A stretch of 64,000 bases of DNA, from positions 434,001-498,000 of the forward strand of contig QPGO01000027.1 of assembly GCA_008632985.1 (NCBI GenBank), in the 5' to 3' direction. Positions 49,987-60,440 of this stretch are shown in pieces. The notes beneath the pieces were generated by a model. It searched no databases. It was not told where the DNA came from and saw nothing but the letters and a program-made list of their open reading frames with translations. Both the position numbers and the translations under genes were made by a program. The stretch's first letter is position 1; every line of letters begins with the position of its first letter. Source of the stretch: Psammoneis japonica (lineage: Eukaryota).

Positions 49987-50261
49987 TGACAGGATTTGAA
50001 CAGGATTTGGGTGCGCGTGAAATGTGCACACTGTTTAGTTTGCCGCACACAGTTTTGTGTGCTTTAGTTCTGCGCGTTCACGCGTGATGCAGTTTGCTTT
50101 CGAGCCACAAGGCTCACAAGAATGACAACAGCAGCCCGACCATGCCGACTTCCACGTCTTTCGGCTCCTGTGACGGTCTCTGAGCGGAGACTCATCTGCC
50201 ATTTAGACAGCAGCAAGGAGTCATTGTTTGAATTCTTGCCATTTGCCTTCAATTTCTGTCA
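49987..50261 (+). repeat. 3' LTR (275 bp)
   Basis: Terminal inverted TGACAG...CTGTCA; direct repeat of the 5' LTR. Confidence 0.95.
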
Positions 50262-51162
50262 AAGAATGCCATCTTGCTCACCATCTCCCACACTCCAGGG
50301 CTCCTTGCCAAGCCACATCACTTGCCCACCAGCGACATCTGTCTCAAGCCTGCCACCCTCTTGCCCTCTTGATCCCTCCTCCACTTTGCTGGTGTTTGGC
50401 ACCTCTCTGTTCCCCCCCGCCCCCCTCTGTCTGCCCCTTCACACCACCCCTGTGTTGCTGCTGACATCACCACATCCCAAGCTCCTCACTGCCATCCTCC
50501 TGGTCTGCCTGCCCCCCCTCTGCTTCTGTCACAATTGAGGTGTGCCACTTCAGCTGCAGTGCGAGGTTGCCAAAGTTGGCTTTTCTCTGCCTTTCTGGGC
50601 TGTTCTTGACACCCACCCCGTGTCACCAAGTCTCTCAACAATTGTGGCATCTTCCTCCTTCCCTTCACTGTCAATCATTGGGGCCGTCTTTGCTTCTTTT
50701 TCACTGCATCTTTTTTGGATCTTCGCTTTCTGCCACCTGTTCTGAGCCCAAGCCCTCCCTGGCCCTCTCCATCAGACCCTCTCAGCAAGAACCCTCTGGC
50801 TGGTTTCCCCACCTCCTCCTTCCATCTGCCAATTTTGCCTGGGATCAACTCACCAATGACTGCTTCAGCAACACACACCAGCCCTGCTCGCCCCCTTCTC
50901 ATTGGTCGACTCAAACCTTGGTGATGTCGCGCACCTGGCAGATGGATGGCACACAGACAAAGACACAAATAATAATGCCGCATGTTTCGCGTCATTCGGT
51001 GCGAAACAAGCGAAAATGAGATTCCATGATGAGACAACAGACAACGGCACATCTTCTCGTCAATCCTGAGGACTTGAGCATCATCCGTTCATCTCATCCA
51101 CACCAGTTACAATAGGAACTGCCTTCTGAGAATCAGGATATTTGTTTTTTGTTGAGAGAATT

Positions 51163-51897
51163 ATGAAAATGCCGAATCAACACCGAGCCGCGTTGTTCAT
51201 CGTTTTGTCCGCTTTCCCGATGATTTGTCGCGGTTTTGTAACAGCTCCACCTCATCGAACAAGGCACACTAGTATGAGTAGGTCTCAATGGAGAATAGCT
51301 GCAGAAAAAGATGAAAACGAAACGACTGGTGATCCGCTTCGTGCTGCCACGGGGATTCGTCCATCCTTGCACCCGACCACAATCAACGCCATCGACAAGG
51401 CCCTCAAAGCACGGGCTGCCGGTGACGAGTCTCTGGTTGTTTCTCAAGACGTACAACCCTTGAATGTAGCCCTGGCGGCTGGAAAGATTGCAGCTACGGC
51501 TATCGAACAACGACAATTGACGAGTCAAAAGGACGGCATGACGCTGACACCCGAAGAGGGACAAACCATTGCAGGACGTGTTGTAGGAGTCGTCATGAGG
51601 CTCGAGGAGTTGGAGCGACAGTTGTGGGAAAAAGTCTCCAAGGTTGGATGGATTAAAAAGTACGGAGAATGGAATACCTTTGGTGTGCTAAAAGATGAAC
51701 CGAATGCAGAAAAGAACGACCTTGATGACAGAATCAAGGACGATCCTCTCTTTTCCATGAGTCGAGCGGAATGTTTGTTGGCAATCTTTCTCCACACGGT
51801 TGAGATTCCACAAATGGAAAAGATTGGCCAAACTCTTCCCGGCGGCAGCGCGATCGATTTTATCGACGAAGATCGACGTGATGTCTTGCTGAATTGA
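51163..51897 (+). CDS. Hypothetical protein, probably plastid-targeted
   Basis: Signal peptide ending ICRG-FV followed by a basic/hydroxylated transit-like stretch; intact ORF. Confidence 0.7.
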   Translation: MKMPNQHRAALFIVLSAFPMICRGFVTAPPHRTRHTSMSRSQWRIAAEKDENETTGDPLRAATGIRPSLHPTTINAIDKALKARAAGDESLVVSQDVQPLNVALAAGKIAATAIEQRQLTSQKDGMTLTPEEGQTIAGRVVGVVMRLEELERQLWEKVSKVGWIKKYGEWNTFGVLKDEPNAEKNDLDDRIKDDPLFSMSRAECLLAIFLHTVEIPQMEKIGQTLPGGSAIDFIDEDRRDVLLN

Positions 51898-52179
51898 GTC
51901 CAAAAGCTCTCACCGAAACCGAGTATTCAATTTCTAAATTCAGAATACATACCTTACGGTAAAGCATCAAACATATGAGTTGATTTCGCTAATAAGAATA
52001 AGTTATAAGTGTGCCATCGCTTTCAGAAAGGGCGGTATTTCCGGGGAATCTTCTTCTTTGCGAGTTTCGTAAGTACCGACGTTCAGGAGAATTCTTTCGT
52101 GCCGAAGAGTTTGAGGAAACAGCTGTGAAAATCACTTCTGGCTCTTTTTTACGACCGAGAATCATTTCTGGTTCACGTT

Positions 52180-53553
52180 TCACTGAAACTGCTCCATACT
52201 TCCTTCCAGAATACGACTGACACGCGATCCACTCGCCCTCAACAAGGGCACAACCACAGGCGCCTCGGCTTCGCTTTGGACCCGTTTCATCGGAACTTGC
52301 AAATTGTTTGCCGACGAGTCGTCGTTCCAACCTGAACCCCAATAATGCGATCCCAACTTGACAAGAGACGAACGCACCTGCAACAAGGAACTGTCATCAT
52401 CGTCGTCCATTTTGACTTGCCCCTTCTTCTTTACAGACGGCATTGCAGCGGCTTGCTTGTCATCAATCTCCACCACGGTACGACCAAGACGAGCCGATTT
52501 GTCGTCTTGTGGAAAGGGAGGCAAAAAGGAGGGCACATATTTTGGTCGCTTTTTCGCCGAGGAAAGTTCCAGTGGGACCTTTTCTTGCTTGTCCTTGGCT
52601 TCGGCGGGTTTCTCCTCGGCGTCTTTTTCTTCTTCTTCTTCTTGGATCCTAGCACGCTTTGTTGGTGGTCCGTCCGCTTCATCACCGGGCGCTTCTTCAA
52701 GCGGTCGCTTGGGTGTCGCCGTCTTGGCTCCGACTTCTCCCCATGGAGTAGTAAACAAGTCATCTGATAGAGACTCCAATTCACGAGCTGCCTCTTCCTC
52801 TGCCTGCTTGGCTAAATTCTCCTCCCCGTCGCCCTCCTTTTGTGCTGTTCCTCCGTGCAGCGATTGAACCACAGTGTTTGGTAGCCTGTGCGGATTGGCA
52901 CACTTTGGCGAGGCAACCGGAAACGGCGGTACTTCATCCATATAAGGTGCATTCCATCCAGCCTTTTTAGCCTTTTTCGCAGCCTCATGATTCGTTCGAT
53001 CCGGCATCATCTTTTTCCCCTGTCCCAATTGCTGCGCTTCCGGTTCGGCATTTTGGTTAGCTCCTTGCTTGTCGGGTGCTTTGCTCCAATCGGGACCAAA
53101 ACAAAATTCCGCCAATTCCTGCCATCCACCTTGTTGTGGCAACGACCGTCTCGACACACTACTTGCAGTGTCTTCGTCATTGACTTGCTGATGCAACTGC
53201 ATCACGGTGGGCGCAGAGCAAGCTCTGTTTGCTGCAAAAGCGTCCAATACATTTACATGGGCCGACGATCGTCCAGAACTCTCCACAGTGGCCGATAAAT
53301 TTCTTCCAAACTGTTGCATACAAGTTACAGCATATTATTTTTCAAGTCAGAGATTGATGCATAATACACGAGACGAAGAAGCACGACTCTGTAACATAAG
53401 AAATCTCACCCGTTCCAAGTACGTCAAGAGCACGTCTCCCAAAGTATCTAGCGCTTCCTCACTCACAAAGTCAATACCCAGGTGCAATGCGGCTCTTGCT
53501 ACTGACCGCTTGGCCACTTCATGGCAATAGTCAACGTCCTGGGTGCTGCTCAT
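52180..53553 (-). CDS. Bromodomain-associated (BTP) histone-fold protein, TAF8/TAF3-like; exons 53553-53410 and 53310-52180
   Basis: VAKRSVARAALHLG..EEALDTLGDVL..YLE..G......E.SGR...N..D histone-fold pattern and PKYVPSFLPPFP motif. Confidence 0.75.
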
Positions 53554-53720
53554 GGTGGGCAACAGCGGCAGCGATATTATTTGTGTGCGGTGCGTTCAGG
53601 TCGGAGGGAGGTCAAAGCGGTCGACGGCCAGTAGTTCACCAACCCGGATTTTTGCTGTTCCGTCAGATTTCAGATTTTGGCGCCGACATCACCCTGCCAT
53701 TGAAGGTTACTAACATCAAC

Positions 53721-54770
53721 ATGACGTTGAAAATCCTACTCTTAGTAGCGTTTCCTTTTACGTCTTTATCGTTTGGAGTTTTGCCTTTGCGTTCACTTAA
53801 AAGTGACAGGGTGGCTTCTTGTTTTGCAAAGAAAACCGACAATGATGTCGATCCCGAAGACTCGGCGGCAGAAAACGTCATGGATTCAGCACGGCGAAAC
53901 GTATTGATTCAGTTGCCATTGGCGACATCTGCAGCAGCATGGGTTAGCCACGTTCCCTCTGTTTGGGCTGCGGATACGACTTTTGGTTCCACATCAGAAC
54001 ATCCCGTGGCCATTCTTGGCGGTGGAGGACGAACCGGCATGGAGGTTGCCAAAACGCTTGCTCAGCAAGGTATCTACGCCGTCACAATGACACGCAGCGG
54101 CAGAAATCCGTTTCAAGTCGTCAAGCTGCCAGAAGACATCAAGCCATATGTTATTCATTATGAAGGACTGGTGAACGTGTGTCAGGCTGAAAATTTATTG
54201 CAAGCATTGCAATCGGTTCAGCCGTCAGCTATTGTTTTCTGCGCTTCTGCAAGCAAACAGGGTGGGAACGCCTTTGAGGTGGATGATGTCGGGGTAGGAA
54301 ACGCGGCCGAGGTGGCTCGTGATTTAAATTCTCGTTTCATTCTGGTATCCGCCTTGGCGGTGGACCGACCAGACTCGAAAAGCTACAAAATTACAAACAC
54401 TCTTGGAGGGAATTTGGACGGAATCATGGACGCCAAACGGCAGGGAGAAGAAAAGGTGCGGTCCGCAATGGCAAAAACAAAGGACTATGTCATTGTAAGA
54501 CCAGGTCCTTTGCTCAATGGAAAGAGTCTCAAGGGTGCTGCCGATATCGAGCTGAATCAGGGTGATGAAGTTGGAGGTGGTATTTCAAGAGAAGAATTAG
54601 CGGGTGTCGTTGTGGGGGCGCTCCAAAGCGGAAAGCGTGGAGCAACGGTGGAGGCCTATCGAAAGAGCACAGCCACGAAATTACAACCAGAATTCAATCT
54701 GCCAAGTGGGCGAGAATCTACGTCTGATACCTACGTTGGTTTGTTCGATCATATCAAAGAAGGGATATAG
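53721..54770 (+). CDS. Atypical SDR / NAD(P)-binding Rossmann protein with plastid and probable thylakoid-lumen presequence
   Basis: ILGGGGRTG, FILVSAL, AKRQGE, YVIVRPG and ISREELA motifs. Signal peptide (SLS-F) and an RR..hydrophobic..VWA-A segment. Confidence 0.85.
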   Translation: MTLKILLLVAFPFTSLSFGVLPLRSLKSDRVASCFAKKTDNDVDPEDSAAENVMDSARRNVLIQLPLATSAAAWVSHVPSVWAADTTFGSTSEHPVAILGGGGRTGMEVAKTLAQQGIYAVTMTRSGRNPFQVVKLPEDIKPYVIHYEGLVNVCQAENLLQALQSVQPSAIVFCASASKQGGNAFEVDDVGVGNAAEVARDLNSRFILVSALAVDRPDSKSYKITNTLGGNLDGIMDAKRQGEEKVRSAMAKTKDYVIVRPGPLLNGKSLKGAADIELNQGDEVGGGISREELAGVVVGALQSGKRGATVEAYRKSTATKLQPEFNLPSGRESTSDTYVGLFDHIKEGI

Positions 54771-55578
54771 GATATAATGAGGCATCGCCTTGCTAGCTAC
54801 AGCACCATACAGCCGCCCCACAATAACGATCCCGCCGTACGTGGGTCAGTGTGAGATATGTCAAAAGCCGCAATCTGTCTCACCAGGCACTACAGGCACT
54901 AGTAATGAAGTAGAACAACTGTTCTTGAATGATGCAAGCTAAACCCCGTCTATCTACAATCTACACCGACGAGAAATCGGATTGGTCAACCTTGCCAATC
55001 AATCCATTGCTCATTAGCCTCTTTACATTGCTGATAAGCATTTGAGTTGACTCGCTGTGTCAAGTGTGAACTTTTGCGTTACAGCACACTCGCAGTCGAA
55101 AGGTTCCTTGTTCCTTTCCCTCTCTCTTTCACTTTTCAGAGAATCCAATGACAGATTTCGATTTTGGCGGGAAAATGTGAGACGAGAAAGGCGGATGATC
55201 TCAACGGCAATAAAACCTCCAGTCATAAAATTATCTATAATTGACATACGTATGTAAATAGGCATAAGTATTGATAAGTAACGAAATTTTCGCATGTCAC
55301 GCAATTACGATGAAAAATAGTCGACAGATCTTCAAAGCTGTACATACACAAATTTATGAGTATCAAGAGTTTTCACCTCTCAACGGATGCGCCGCACGAC
55401 TCTCTCTTCATTTTTTCATTTTGTTCGCCTGCTCTCCCTGTTTTGCGCCTAACTTCTCACTGCCACCAACTCTAATAACGGCAAGCAAACTGAAGTGAGC
55501 GGCTAAACGACTCTCTCTTATTCGTCAGAAAAAAATTGTGTACTGGACGAAGGAGAGGGAGTCAGTTACCTGTGAACT

Positions 55579-58056
55579 ATGGACCCCTCCAAGCCAGAGG
55601 GGTCAGATGAAACCATGTCTATGGGCTCCAACGAAATGCATCTTTTCGGAAAAGCCTCAGTGCCTTCTCCATTGGCATTGGAGACGTCGGCTTCATCAAA
55701 TTCCGACGGTGTATCCCGCGACCCCCCTTCGCCACCGATTGCAAACAGCTTTGAGAAGTTCGAGGCATCCGTAGGAGACGCTCCTGATCTCGTTCATGGG
55801 AGATCGACGGAAGAGACTCATCCGTCGGCAGAAAAGAAGGGCGGCTACGTCTCGCCACCTTCATATTTGCATAACTTGGTCAACGGAGAACCCTTCTCGA
55901 ATGGATTGCCACCGCCACCGATATTGCTCGATACTCGGATCGGGTCAGAAAATTCAGCGTTTAGCAGCGTATCCGGGGGCGGTATGCTGCGTCCCATGCC
56001 TTCGACACTCTCTTTTTCGGACCGATCCGCGTCGCCTTCTTCTTTGCATGACGAGGAACAACAACAACAACCGACTGTTACTCCTTCACCAAATTCGTCT
56101 CGTGAAAACGTGGAACATGAAATCCACATGGTCAGCACAGAAGTAAAACCAGAAGCATACCAAGAGGACAGTCCAGCAGAGCCGCCTGCCGAACCCGTAG
56201 TGAAAACAAGTCCACAGCGGAGGCTTCAACTATTTGAGAGAGCATCGCGATTGGCCATCCGAAATCGAAAGAAGAAGGCAATGTCGAAATCGACTCCAAA
56301 ACTAGAGGTAGAAGAGGTCGTGGGTCAGCAACAACCGAGTTTTGTTTCCGAGTCAGAAGAGGTTGGGGATCAACAGCCGAGTTACATGTCGAGTTTTCTT
56401 TCCGGGTCGGAAGTGTCCGAAACACAAGAAGTTGTAGATCAGCAGCCCACTCTTGTTTCGAGCTTTGTTTCGGAGCAAGGCTCACCGTCGTCTACAGGCA
56501 ACGACAAGGGTGTAGCGGAAGTGGAGCCCCTCCCTGCTCTTCTCCAGCCCGCATCGCCTCCGCCACCCTCATCCCCTGTCGCGGAGGCAGCCCCCGTTTC
56601 TCCTCACGAGGCTCAAACTGTAATGGTGACAGTCACCAGCAGAAACCCTCCCCTCCCTCCGTCCCAGCCCGAGGCGGACGAAGAGAAACATAACATGCCG
56701 CAAGCGAGTCATGCTAGGCCCCCTGCAGCTCCGTTTCAGAACGTTGAGGCTGCCCCGCCGGCCGTCAAGGCAAAGTACGCTCGAGCGTCTCCGTTGGCTC
56801 GCATGCGGTCAGACCGTGCACAGGAGGCGGCAGCCATGTCCCCGGAAGCAATTGCAGAGGCGGAAGCAGCTGCAGCCAAGGCAGCCAAACTTTTTGAGAA
56901 GCAACAAAAAACAGAGGAGGAGATTGTAGCCGAGACGCACCGAAGATGGAGGCGCAGTCTCCAGAAAGCGAAACGAAAACAAAGGAAACGCCGGGATGGA
57001 GGGGATCGGGGAACCCTCCCTCAAGTTGCAAAGGTAGCTTGTGACACGGACCTCAAGCTACTTTCTTTGATCAAGTACGAGTTTCAGAATTTGCTAACCA
57101 GCGGGTGCGGTAGAATGGAGGATATTATGTCTCTTGATTCTTTTGACGATGATGACTACTCGATGGTTAGCGAAGAAACTTATTCTTCGTACGAAGACGA
57201 AACTGAAGCTGATGAGGATGAAGACCGAAGGGAGAGAAATCGATGGCAGCAAGAGAGGCGTAACCGAGAGAGCAGGTCTAGCCACGTCGTACGCGAGGTC
57301 GAGCTCGACCAACGGAAGCGGTCGGTAGACAATCCTTTCGATGGACTTACGGACTCTGTATTTTCCTCGGAAGCGCTACCTCCACCTGAACAGAGACCAG
57401 AGAGCAGGAATTCCGCTGTCAAAAATGCGGACGTTGACATCAACGATAAGAATTTCATTACAGCGTTCATCCATGTGAGTCTCACTCTCTGTTTCATGGC
57501 TTCCACCGCCGCCTTCCGCTCTCACACATTTTTCAATTTCAAACAACAGGAAGCATCCCACGAGGGCATGACGTTCATTTGGCACAAGGAGGCAAAATCC
57601 AGCCTTTCGTTGACTCAGCCATTAACTGTCCAGCTCTGCTTAAAGCTTGGGCACAGCGGCTCCGACGGCAGACTTGTTGGGCCGCGGTTGACTTGGAGTG
57701 ATTGCAGTATTGATCTCTTTGATATCCAATCGGTGGAGAAGTCGTCTGCGGTGCAAATGCAGAATTATCCCTTTGCAATTCCTGGGAACAGCTTCTTTGT
57801 GAGGAAGAACGATGGCAAAGACTACGCCTTTGAGGCTTCTAACGACGAGGAAGCTCGTCGCTTTATTCATGGCTTGAGATGGTTGGTCGCGAGGCTTGCA
57901 TTCAACCTCATCATCGGGAACAGAGACGTGAGTTGCGAGCTGATTTCCTTATTTGAAGAGAACGGGCAGCTTACGGAGACTGAAGAAACAAAGGCGATGA
58001 ACGACGTGACCAACCATCTCGTGAAGAAAATTGCCTTCCACTCCATGGAGCTGTAG
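55579..58056 (+). CDS. Large, mostly disordered protein with a C-terminal PH-like domain; probable intron 57475-57549
   Basis: Long ORF; C-terminus IDLFDIQSV...SFFV......YAFEA......F..GLRWLVARL fits a PH fold. Confidence 0.7.
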   Translation: MDPSKPEGSDETMSMGSNEMHLFGKASVPSPLALETSASSNSDGVSRDPPSPPIANSFEKFEASVGDAPDLVHGRSTEETHPSAEKKGGYVSPPSYLHNLVNGEPFSNGLPPPPILLDTRIGSENSAFSSVSGGGMLRPMPSTLSFSDRSASPSSLHDEEQQQQPTVTPSPNSSRENVEHEIHMVSTEVKPEAYQEDSPAEPPAEPVVKTSPQRRLQLFERASRLAIRNRKKKAMSKSTPKLEVEEVVGQQQPSFVSESEEVGDQQPSYMSSFLSGSEVSETQEVVDQQPTLVSSFVSEQGSPSSTGNDKGVAEVEPLPALLQPASPPPPSSPVAEAAPVSPHEAQTVMVTVTSRNPPLPPSQPEADEEKHNMPQASHARPPAAPFQNVEAAPPAVKAKYARASPLARMRSDRAQEAAAMSPEAIAEAEAAAAKAAKLFEKQQKTEEEIVAETHRRWRRSLQKAKRKQRKRRDGGDRGTLPQVAKVACDTDLKLLSLIKYEFQNLLTSGCGRMEDIMSLDSFDDDDYSMVSEETYSSYEDETEADEDEDRRERNRWQQERRNRESRSSHVVREVELDQRKRSVDNPFDGLTDSVFSSEALPPPEQRPESRNSAVKNADVDINDKNFITAFIHVSLTLCFMASTAAFRSHTFFNFKQQEASHEGMTFIWHKEAKSSLSLTQPLTVQLCLKLGHSGSDGRLVGPRLTWSDCSIDLFDIQSVEKSSAVQMQNYPFAIPGNSFFVRKNDGKDYAFEASNDEEARRFIHGLRWLVARLAFNLIIGNRDVSCELISLFEENGQLTETEETKAMNDVTNHLVKKIAFHSMEL

Positions 58057-58246
58057 GGACTTCCTATCAATGTGGTGGCAGGGATTTTGGACATTGTAGC
58101 ATGTGTCTTCTCGGTTAACTCGAAACGAGTTGCACGTGTCAGTTTGTGGTTGCAATATAATGGCCGGGAACGCTGTTAATATTGTCGTTAATACTTTTTA
58201 TAAGAAACGAGGTTACAACTACTATTATGCTCTCCGTCCTGTGGTA

Positions 58247-59686
58247 TTATTCTTTGGAACAGTCGACGGATTCTCCGCGTTCTAGCTTCTTTTCCAATTC
58301 AATTAATTTGCCAACGCCTTGAATAATAATGTTGATGAGCTCCACCTCGTTCTTACCAAGCCGTTCTGTGTTGCAGATATCAAAGATTCCAGTGTATCGT
58401 TGGTCCGACCCTCCATGAGCACCGTAAGCCTGAAGTCGAAGCCGCTTTACCAAATCTCGAAAACCTGGATCCCTTCCCAATCGCACGAGTTTGACAAAGA
58501 CGTGGACCCGAAGCCCGGTACCCAAGTTTGTTGGACACGCGTTCAAAAACCCTAAGTTATCATCATAACTGAACAGATATCCGCGTCGTTGGAGGGAACG
58601 ATCAACCTGCTGCACTGCCTTTGATACTGCGGTAAACACATTCTTGATATCGCCTCCCTTACTCATGCTCATGATTCGAATGTGATCCTCAGCATTGCAC
58701 CATAGCATCATATCGGGAGTTTGGTCATAGTCATCCACATTGCAAAAGACACCTCTCCCATCAGGCCAGTCTCGCCCAAAGCCGGCCTCGATCGCCCATT
58801 CATCCGGATCAAAGAACAAGATGTGGCGTTGAATTAAATCTTCGTGTTCACGGTTCGACATGTCCCACAAAGACTTGTATTTTCCATTTCCTAGCCACGG
58901 GTCATCCTTCCAATCCTCCACGCATGATTTCACCAAGTTCTCCACCTTGCGTCGATCGCTTCGGGATAAGGATGGCCCAAAAGCAAAGCCTTCAATGGAT
59001 CTCGATGCTCGAATACGAGTGTACAGAATGTGCTCTCCTGTTGGATCTGGCCGTTGCGACAAGACGAATTCCGGATTCAGGTTCGTCGTGTGTCGCTGCA
59101 ATCGCGGATTGAATCGCTTCTTCTCTTCGAAGCTTAGGTTGGTTTTGTGATAATCATCAATTATGGGATACAAAAGTGGCGAAAAGAGCTTGTAGCATTC
59201 AGCATCACCCGCATACAAGCCAACTCCACGAGGAGGATGCCGTCCCAGTGGAAGTGTAACACCTGCACGAATCATATCTTCCAACGTAACACCCGATGAC
59301 GTTTTCAGGTGGCGCAAACGCTTGAATAAATCAGGTGTCAGGTGTTTCCGGAGGAGTGCCGACCCATGACGAGTGAGGTTGGGAAAGTCGTCTTCGTCTT
59401 CTTCAGTATCACTTGCTTCTTCCACATTTGCAGAATCTTCGCATTTCGTTTTTAATATTTGAAATGGAGAAAGCATATTATTAAGACTCGGCCAAATGAT
59501 GAAGGTATTCGGGTTAGACGTCGATTCATCGCTCCTACTATCCGGCAGCGTCGGCGGTAGATTTTTGCATCGCCGGTTTCCTACGTTTCCTCGAGACGAT
59601 TCAAGAGGTGAAAATATGAACAGTGATGTGGAAACAGAGGCTCCAACAGTAACCTTCAACACCCGCAGCAAAGCTTGCGACGCCAT
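58247..59686 (-). CDS. ATP:guanido phosphotransferase (arginine/creatine kinase family) with N-terminal extension
   Basis: LLRKHLT, GLYAGDAECY..F, RIRASRS, WPDGRG, WCNAEDHIRIMSM, CPTNLGTG and DICN..RLG..E motifs. Confidence 0.92.
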   Translation of the reverse strand: MASQALLRVLKVTVGASVSTSLFIFSPLESSRGNVGNRRCKNLPPTLPDSRSDESTSNPNTFIIWPSLNNMLSPFQILKTKCEDSANVEEASDTEEDEDDFPNLTRHGSALLRKHLTPDLFKRLRHLKTSSGVTLEDMIRAGVTLPLGRHPPRGVGLYAGDAECYKLFSPLLYPIIDDYHKTNLSFEEKKRFNPRLQRHTTNLNPEFVLSQRPDPTGEHILYTRIRASRSIEGFAFGPSLSRSDRRKVENLVKSCVEDWKDDPWLGNGKYKSLWDMSNREHEDLIQRHILFFDPDEWAIEAGFGRDWPDGRGVFCNVDDYDQTPDMMLWCNAEDHIRIMSMSKGGDIKNVFTAVSKAVQQVDRSLQRRGYLFSYDDNLGFLNACPTNLGTGLRVHVFVKLVRLGRDPGFRDLVKRLRLQAYGAHGGSDQRYTGIFDICNTERLGKNEVELINIIIQGVGKLIELEKKLERGESVDCSKE

Positions 59687-60440
59687 GGTCGATTTAGTTG
59701 AATTTGGTCACTGAGGATAGGAGCACTGAGCTCGGTCGATCGACCGTCGACGGTCGATCATCTGGATCGGCCGGCGGCGCGAGGCGGACGAATGAAGTGA
59801 TTTCCAAGAGCTCGTAGCTCGAACACCGGAGAATCATCATGACAACTCGGACTACGGAAATGTCTATTAAGACACAATTGACACTGCTTCATTTCTCTCT
59901 TCTAAATAAATTACGTTAAGTACTTAATATTTGTATACTAACTGGACATGCAAAGAGACAAAAGAAAATGTCAATATAAATATTACTCAAATAAAGGGTT
60001 CCCTAAGTAAGATAACGGGTATTCGCATAAAGTTATCAAATGTCTTTTAATCAACAATAATAATCAACCTTAACAACCATATATGTCCTGTAATCCGTTG
60101 CTTATGTCGCCCTCACAATTTCGACATTTTCAAGTTTCAGCGGAATGCTTGATGGACACGATGAGACAGAGCTGATCACACATCAATCTACTGTCGCGTG
60201 CAATTGCAAGACAAAATTGCCTGAGCACCTTTTGTCGCTACCCACGGTAGTCTATAGTCAGCATTATCAAAGCCGACACTTCTTGCGACGAGAGGAAGAT
60301 AACCATTTTCGTTCCTCCTTTACGTCGAACGGAGGAGAGATTTGCCAGCCGGAAAAAGTGACAAAAATGCTCCGTACTGGTCGAATTGTTCTTGGTTTCA
60401 ATTGTTCCATTTTGACGTACAAGGCATAAAAAGGTTGAGT

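Larger units (their letters stand above)
46890..50261 (+). mobile_element. Internally deleted (non-autonomous) CoDi-like Copia element, 3.37 kb, with both LTRs and a 5-bp TSD
   Basis: LTRs 46890-47165 and 49987-50261 (TG...CA). TSD AAGAA at 46885-46889 and 50262-50266. PPT GGGGAG before the 3' LTR. Gag-like start ~48118 (SPLRSAL..GI..IDALTY). Pre-RT remnant HCKCGCGIPQDPKCALSFEKHNG..W.DA. No RT/RNase H core. Confidence 0.92.
46250..50950. other. Older TpA/CpG-depleted sequence (46250-46889 plus 50267-50950) interrupted by the LTR element
   Basis: Both flanks are pyrimidine-rich on the + strand, essentially TA-free, and join across the TSD. Confidence 0.6.

Noticed and set aside
1..51050. Classical fungal RIP or an alternative genetic code as the cause of Cys/His-rich ORFs
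   Set aside because: RIP increases TpA, the opposite of what is seen, and neighbouring genes use Tyr and TAA/TAG normally.
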